Source: Opitutales bacterium
Lineage (GTDB): Bacteria > Verrucomicrobiota > Verrucomicrobiia > Opitutales > T3Sed10-336
Assembly (NCBI GenBank): GCA_022565335.1
Contig: JAIUMY010000005.1
Coordinates: 1 to 63,154, forward strand
DNA length: 63,154 nt
Direction: 5' to 3'
In this document: positions 60,028-63,154 of the stretch, piece by piece
Position numbering within the stretch: position 1 is the first letter of the stretch
Layout of the letters: every line of letters starts with the position of its first letter
The notes under the pieces: model-generated
Databases searched by the model: none
What the model saw: only the letters and a program-made list of their open reading frames with translations
Told to the model about the DNA's origin: nothing
Position numbers and translations under genes: made by a program

Positions 60028-61200
60028 TCACTCCTCGACCTCTTCCTCCATCGCGGCGAGGGCAGCGGAAACTTCCTCGGCCAAAGACGCGGCGATTTCC
60101 GCAATTCGCCCATACGTGGGAAGAGAAATTCCCAAAATAAATTGCCCGCCCTTGTTGGGATGAAAAAGTGGCGATTCGAAAACCTCCCCATACACCTCTT
60201 CCGCCGGGTCATTAATTCGGTCAAATTCACCCTGCGCCAGAAGAGCAATACGTTCCTGCTGAATCTTCCAAAATCGATTTAACGTGTGATTGGGAAGAAA
60301 CCGATAGGTCAGAATAAAGTGGACGTAAGTTCGCGACATTGCATTCCCGATTTTATCGAGGGTATGCGGGTCTGCTTCGACCACTGAGGCGAGGTTAAAC
60401 AATTCAAATAGATCACCCCCCTCTTCCTCCACCTGTCGAAGGGTCTTTTCCAGAAAGAGAACATCGGTAACCATTCCCCGGCTCAAGGCTTTTGCCCAAT
60501 TGTTCGCAACCTCGGAGAAAACCTCCCGCATTTTAGGGTCTTGGAGGATTATTTCCGGGAATTCGTCCCATAGATCACGAAGTTGGATGACGCTGATCAT
60601 TAAACCAGTTGAGTCTATCGATTGACGATTTATCTCCCCTAGAATCCAGACCAGCGGTCGGAGTATTTTGGCCCGTTCCTCTTCGCTCAGAGAATCTTCA
60701 TGACACCTCACCAAAGCCAGTCTTACGACACTCCTCAGGTGTTGAAAACTGAGGAGCTGATCCAAGGCAGTATCGTCCAGTTCGGCATAAAGCCGGAACT
60801 CGTCCCGTTCCGCCAAATCGGTTATGTTCTCCCACAGTGGTGCGGCTTTTTCCCACAAATTCCCCAGCTCAATCTCAGCCAGATCAAATTCCTCCCGATC
60901 CCGACGGGCCTTTCGTAGGGCTTCGTGCCAAAGTTGGTTAAAAAGGGAAAGCCAAGGCGCAAAATATTCGTCCTTAAAGTCTGGATGGTAAGAAATAAAA
61001 AAATTTTCGAACCTCTCATTTGACCCCTCAATCGAAGCTATCTCGGGAAAAATTTCCCGCAGATCCGTGGAGAAATCCAACTCGGGATCATCCGCGGCCG
61101 AGAGAAGGCTGGCCCAAAGGAGAAAGACAGCCACGAGGCGATAGAGGCTCATTGGAGAATCATCAAAAGTGACATAGGAAGGAGATATCCGGAGATTCAT
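60028..61200 (-). CDS. Exported alpha-helical hypothetical protein
   Basis: Signal-like segment; acidic helical sequence. Confidence 0.6.
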   Translation of the reverse strand: MNLRISPSYVTFDDSPMSLYRLVAVFLLWASLLSAADDPELDFSTDLREIFPEIASIEGSNERFENFFISYHPDFKDEYFAPWLSLFNQLWHEALRKARRDREEFDLAEIELGNLWEKAAPLWENITDLAERDEFRLYAELDDTALDQLLSFQHLRSVVRLALVRCHEDSLSEEERAKILRPLVWILGEINRQSIDSTGLMISVIQLRDLWDEFPEIILQDPKMREVFSEVANNWAKALSRGMVTDVLFLEKTLRQVEEEGGDLFELFNLASVVEADPHTLDKIGNAMSRTYVHFILTYRFLPNHTLNRFWKIQQERIALLAQGEFDRINDPAEEVYGEVFESPLFHPNKGGQFILGISLPTYGRIAEIAASLAEEVSAALAAMEEEVEE

Positions 61201-61311
61201 AGGTGCCTAAAAACAAGATTAGAAACCATGAATGAATACAAATAAAAACTAATTCGGAGATCTACCTGTCAAACGGAATCCACACTGAGAAGGCGTTGCT
61301 ATTTCGAAGGG

Positions 61312-62391
61312 TTAGCGGACGACCGGAATTACGGGCCAACCGGAGCCGGAGCGGGAGAATTCGCGCTCTGCAAATACCCAAATCACCAACTTTTTCCCTT
61401 CCAGGGAATCTCCCCGGCGGGCCAAGGTCATGCGGGAGGCATTGGCACCACTCCCCATGACGGCGGTGATATCGGGCGCAATCCCAAACTGCGCCGCCAA
61501 ATGGTCCCCAAGACCCGCACGGGTGGTCAGCAAATCCCGATGCCCGTACACCAATCCATGACTGTCTCCCATGAGAACGATGGAGCTTTCCTGGTCACCG
61601 CGGACCCGCTCTCCCCCCAAGCTTACCTGATTGACAGTGATGGTCTCCTTCTCCTCGCCAATTTGTGAGGCCAAATCTCCGGTGACCGACAAAGTTGTTT
61701 CATCAAGCGAAACCTCCGCCCGATCCAGTTCCCCGACCCAGTCTTCGTCTTTTACCATCTCGTAGATCTGTGCGGCCACTTTTTCGACGGCCAAGGGGGA
61801 CCAATGCGCATCGGTGCGCATATGCGACAGGTGCCCTTCGGCCCGCAATTCTCCCAACAAATCGGTCGCATCCAGAACTTCCACTCCGGCCTCTGCCAAT
61901 TCTTCCAAGAAAGTCGCCCGAGCCTCATCGGTCCAACCTTCCAAAGTCGGATCCAATTTCTCCGGATACGCCGAGACTTTCGAAGGAACCGGAAGAACGA
62001 TCAAACGCACACCCGCTGCCGAGGCCTGCTCGGCCATGCCAACAATGGCAGGCAAGGGATCGGGGTTTCGCGAGGAAGCCGCCACCTCCGCAGCACGATC
62101 TCCCCAAAAGGGTCCGGCCGCATGATGACGCACGTCATTCAGACCAAACAGCCACCCGTCGACCCCGCGTATAACCACCGCGTTATTGAGCGCTTCCCGC
62201 GCCTCCGCCACGGCTTCGGCATCATCAGCATCGGCCGCCGCGCCCATTCGGGCTTCCGCCTCCTCGACCGCTGCGGCCCCATCCGTTGCCAACTCGGTCA
62301 GTGCGGGCGGCACCGCACCCCAAAGAGGCAAGGCCAAAACACCGACAAAGGCCGTTGAAAGAAACAAGGAAGAGGAAGTGATGAATTTCAT
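61312..62391 (-). CDS. AlgX/AlgJ-like SGNH O-acetyltransferase family protein
   Basis: GVDGWLF, VPSKVSAYPE, RTDAHWS (D-x-H), MGDSH (Ser). Confidence 0.8.
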   Translation of the reverse strand: MKFITSSSLFLSTAFVGVLALPLWGAVPPALTELATDGAAAVEEAEARMGAAADADDAEAVAEAREALNNAVVIRGVDGWLFGLNDVRHHAAGPFWGDRAAEVAASSRNPDPLPAIVGMAEQASAAGVRLIVLPVPSKVSAYPEKLDPTLEGWTDEARATFLEELAEAGVEVLDATDLLGELRAEGHLSHMRTDAHWSPLAVEKVAAQIYEMVKDEDWVGELDRAEVSLDETTLSVTGDLASQIGEEKETITVNQVSLGGERVRGDQESSIVLMGDSHGLVYGHRDLLTTRAGLGDHLAAQFGIAPDITAVMGSGANASRMTLARRGDSLEGKKLVIWVFAEREFSRSGSGWPVIPVVR

Positions 62392-62523
62392 AAAATTAAA
62401 GCGGGGTGAAAGGTTCAATGACCAGTAAAAAAGAATGACCATTCCCCCGTCAAATGGTTCCCTCTAAGGACGCCGCCTTCCCTTTGACCCGCCCCTCATC
62501 AGCTCGAAAGTCCAAAATAACAA

Positions 62524-62554
62524 AGTCAATAATTAAGTTTATAGAACCTATTTT
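62524..62554. repeat. Downstream terminal direct repeat of HUH element 3
   Basis: AGTCAATAATTAAGTTTATAGAACCTATTTT, 26/31 identical to 375..405; lies 33 nt beyond the HUH gene stop. Confidence 0.7.
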
Positions 62555-62587
62555 ACAGCCTTCCCATAATCATCAGTATTTACTTCA

Positions 62588-63154
62588 TTACTTCTGTTCT
62601 TTTGCATCGGTTTTGTTGAAACGGAAGAAATTCGGCGTAAATAATCCGGCCAGCGGAGTCTCAAAAGTTTGACTGGGGCGTCGTACCTTAGGCGAGAGAC
62701 AATTCTTTGCTTCCTTCAATAGTTGCCCGACGAAAGACTCTGATCCGACCACCTGGGCTCTGGTAACCGCCGCAAAGACCTTTTCCCGGGCGCGACGTTC
62801 GCCTTCGTTTTTCGCCTGCTCACGGAGCAAACGGGTAATTTCCTCATGTGCCTCTTGGTCATCAAGGTGGCCCTTGCCTTCCCGCGGCATTCGCCCCTGA
62901 CCCAGTACCAGCATCCGGTAAAACCGCAACACATCACTGCCCGTATCCTTATCTATCGCATCCACAATATACCCCAACTCAGTCATTGGCTCTCCCGTCA
63001 TCACCGACTCACCGTAACCGCTGTACGCATACTTCCCCGGATCTTTCACCAACCCTGCCCGCACTGGATTCAGATCAATATAAGCCGCCACCACCTTCAA
63101 GGCATTGGCCCGCCCCTCCACCAGGACACTCTTGAACTTCTCACTCCACAGCGG
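62588..63154 (-). mobile_element. RAYT-like Y1 HUH transposase, C-terminal part, truncated by the window end
   Basis: PLWSEKFKSVLVEG...AAYIDLNPVRAGLVKDPGKYAYSGYGE is homologous to the C-terminal half of 26978..27982. Confidence 0.9.

Overview
A 63 kb stretch of bacterial chromosome, mostly housekeeping. Gene content and order suggest Verrucomicrobiota, probably Opitutales-like; this is inference, not a database result. Many exported proteins are strongly acidic. Recognisable genes include an rlmD-family methyltransferase, a Fur-like regulator, ppgK, cysK, a dynamin-like GTPase, ade, aroE, cysS-ispF-rpoN, a ribB fusion with a degenerate GTP cyclohydrolase II domain, tyrA-aroA, thiL-tsaE, a T2SS/T4P-type L-M-D-E-F cluster, the full atpBEFHAGDC operon, maf and dinB, plus three tRNAs (Ala-CGC, Phe-GAA, Pro-TGG). 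The least-explained structure is a set of three RAYT/TnpA(REP)-like Y1 HUH nuclease genes, one complete and two cut by the window ends. Each lies next to ~27-31 bp direct repeats that end in TTGAC on the gene's sense strand, and two copies share an identically spaced leaderless-type promoter. The complete element also encloses ~570 nt of non-coding cargo. The window further contains a chimeric tRNA-Phe duplication rebuilt with a REP-like palindrome, and repeat mosaics on both sides of the ATP synthase operon. All calls come from reading motifs by eye; no searches were run.
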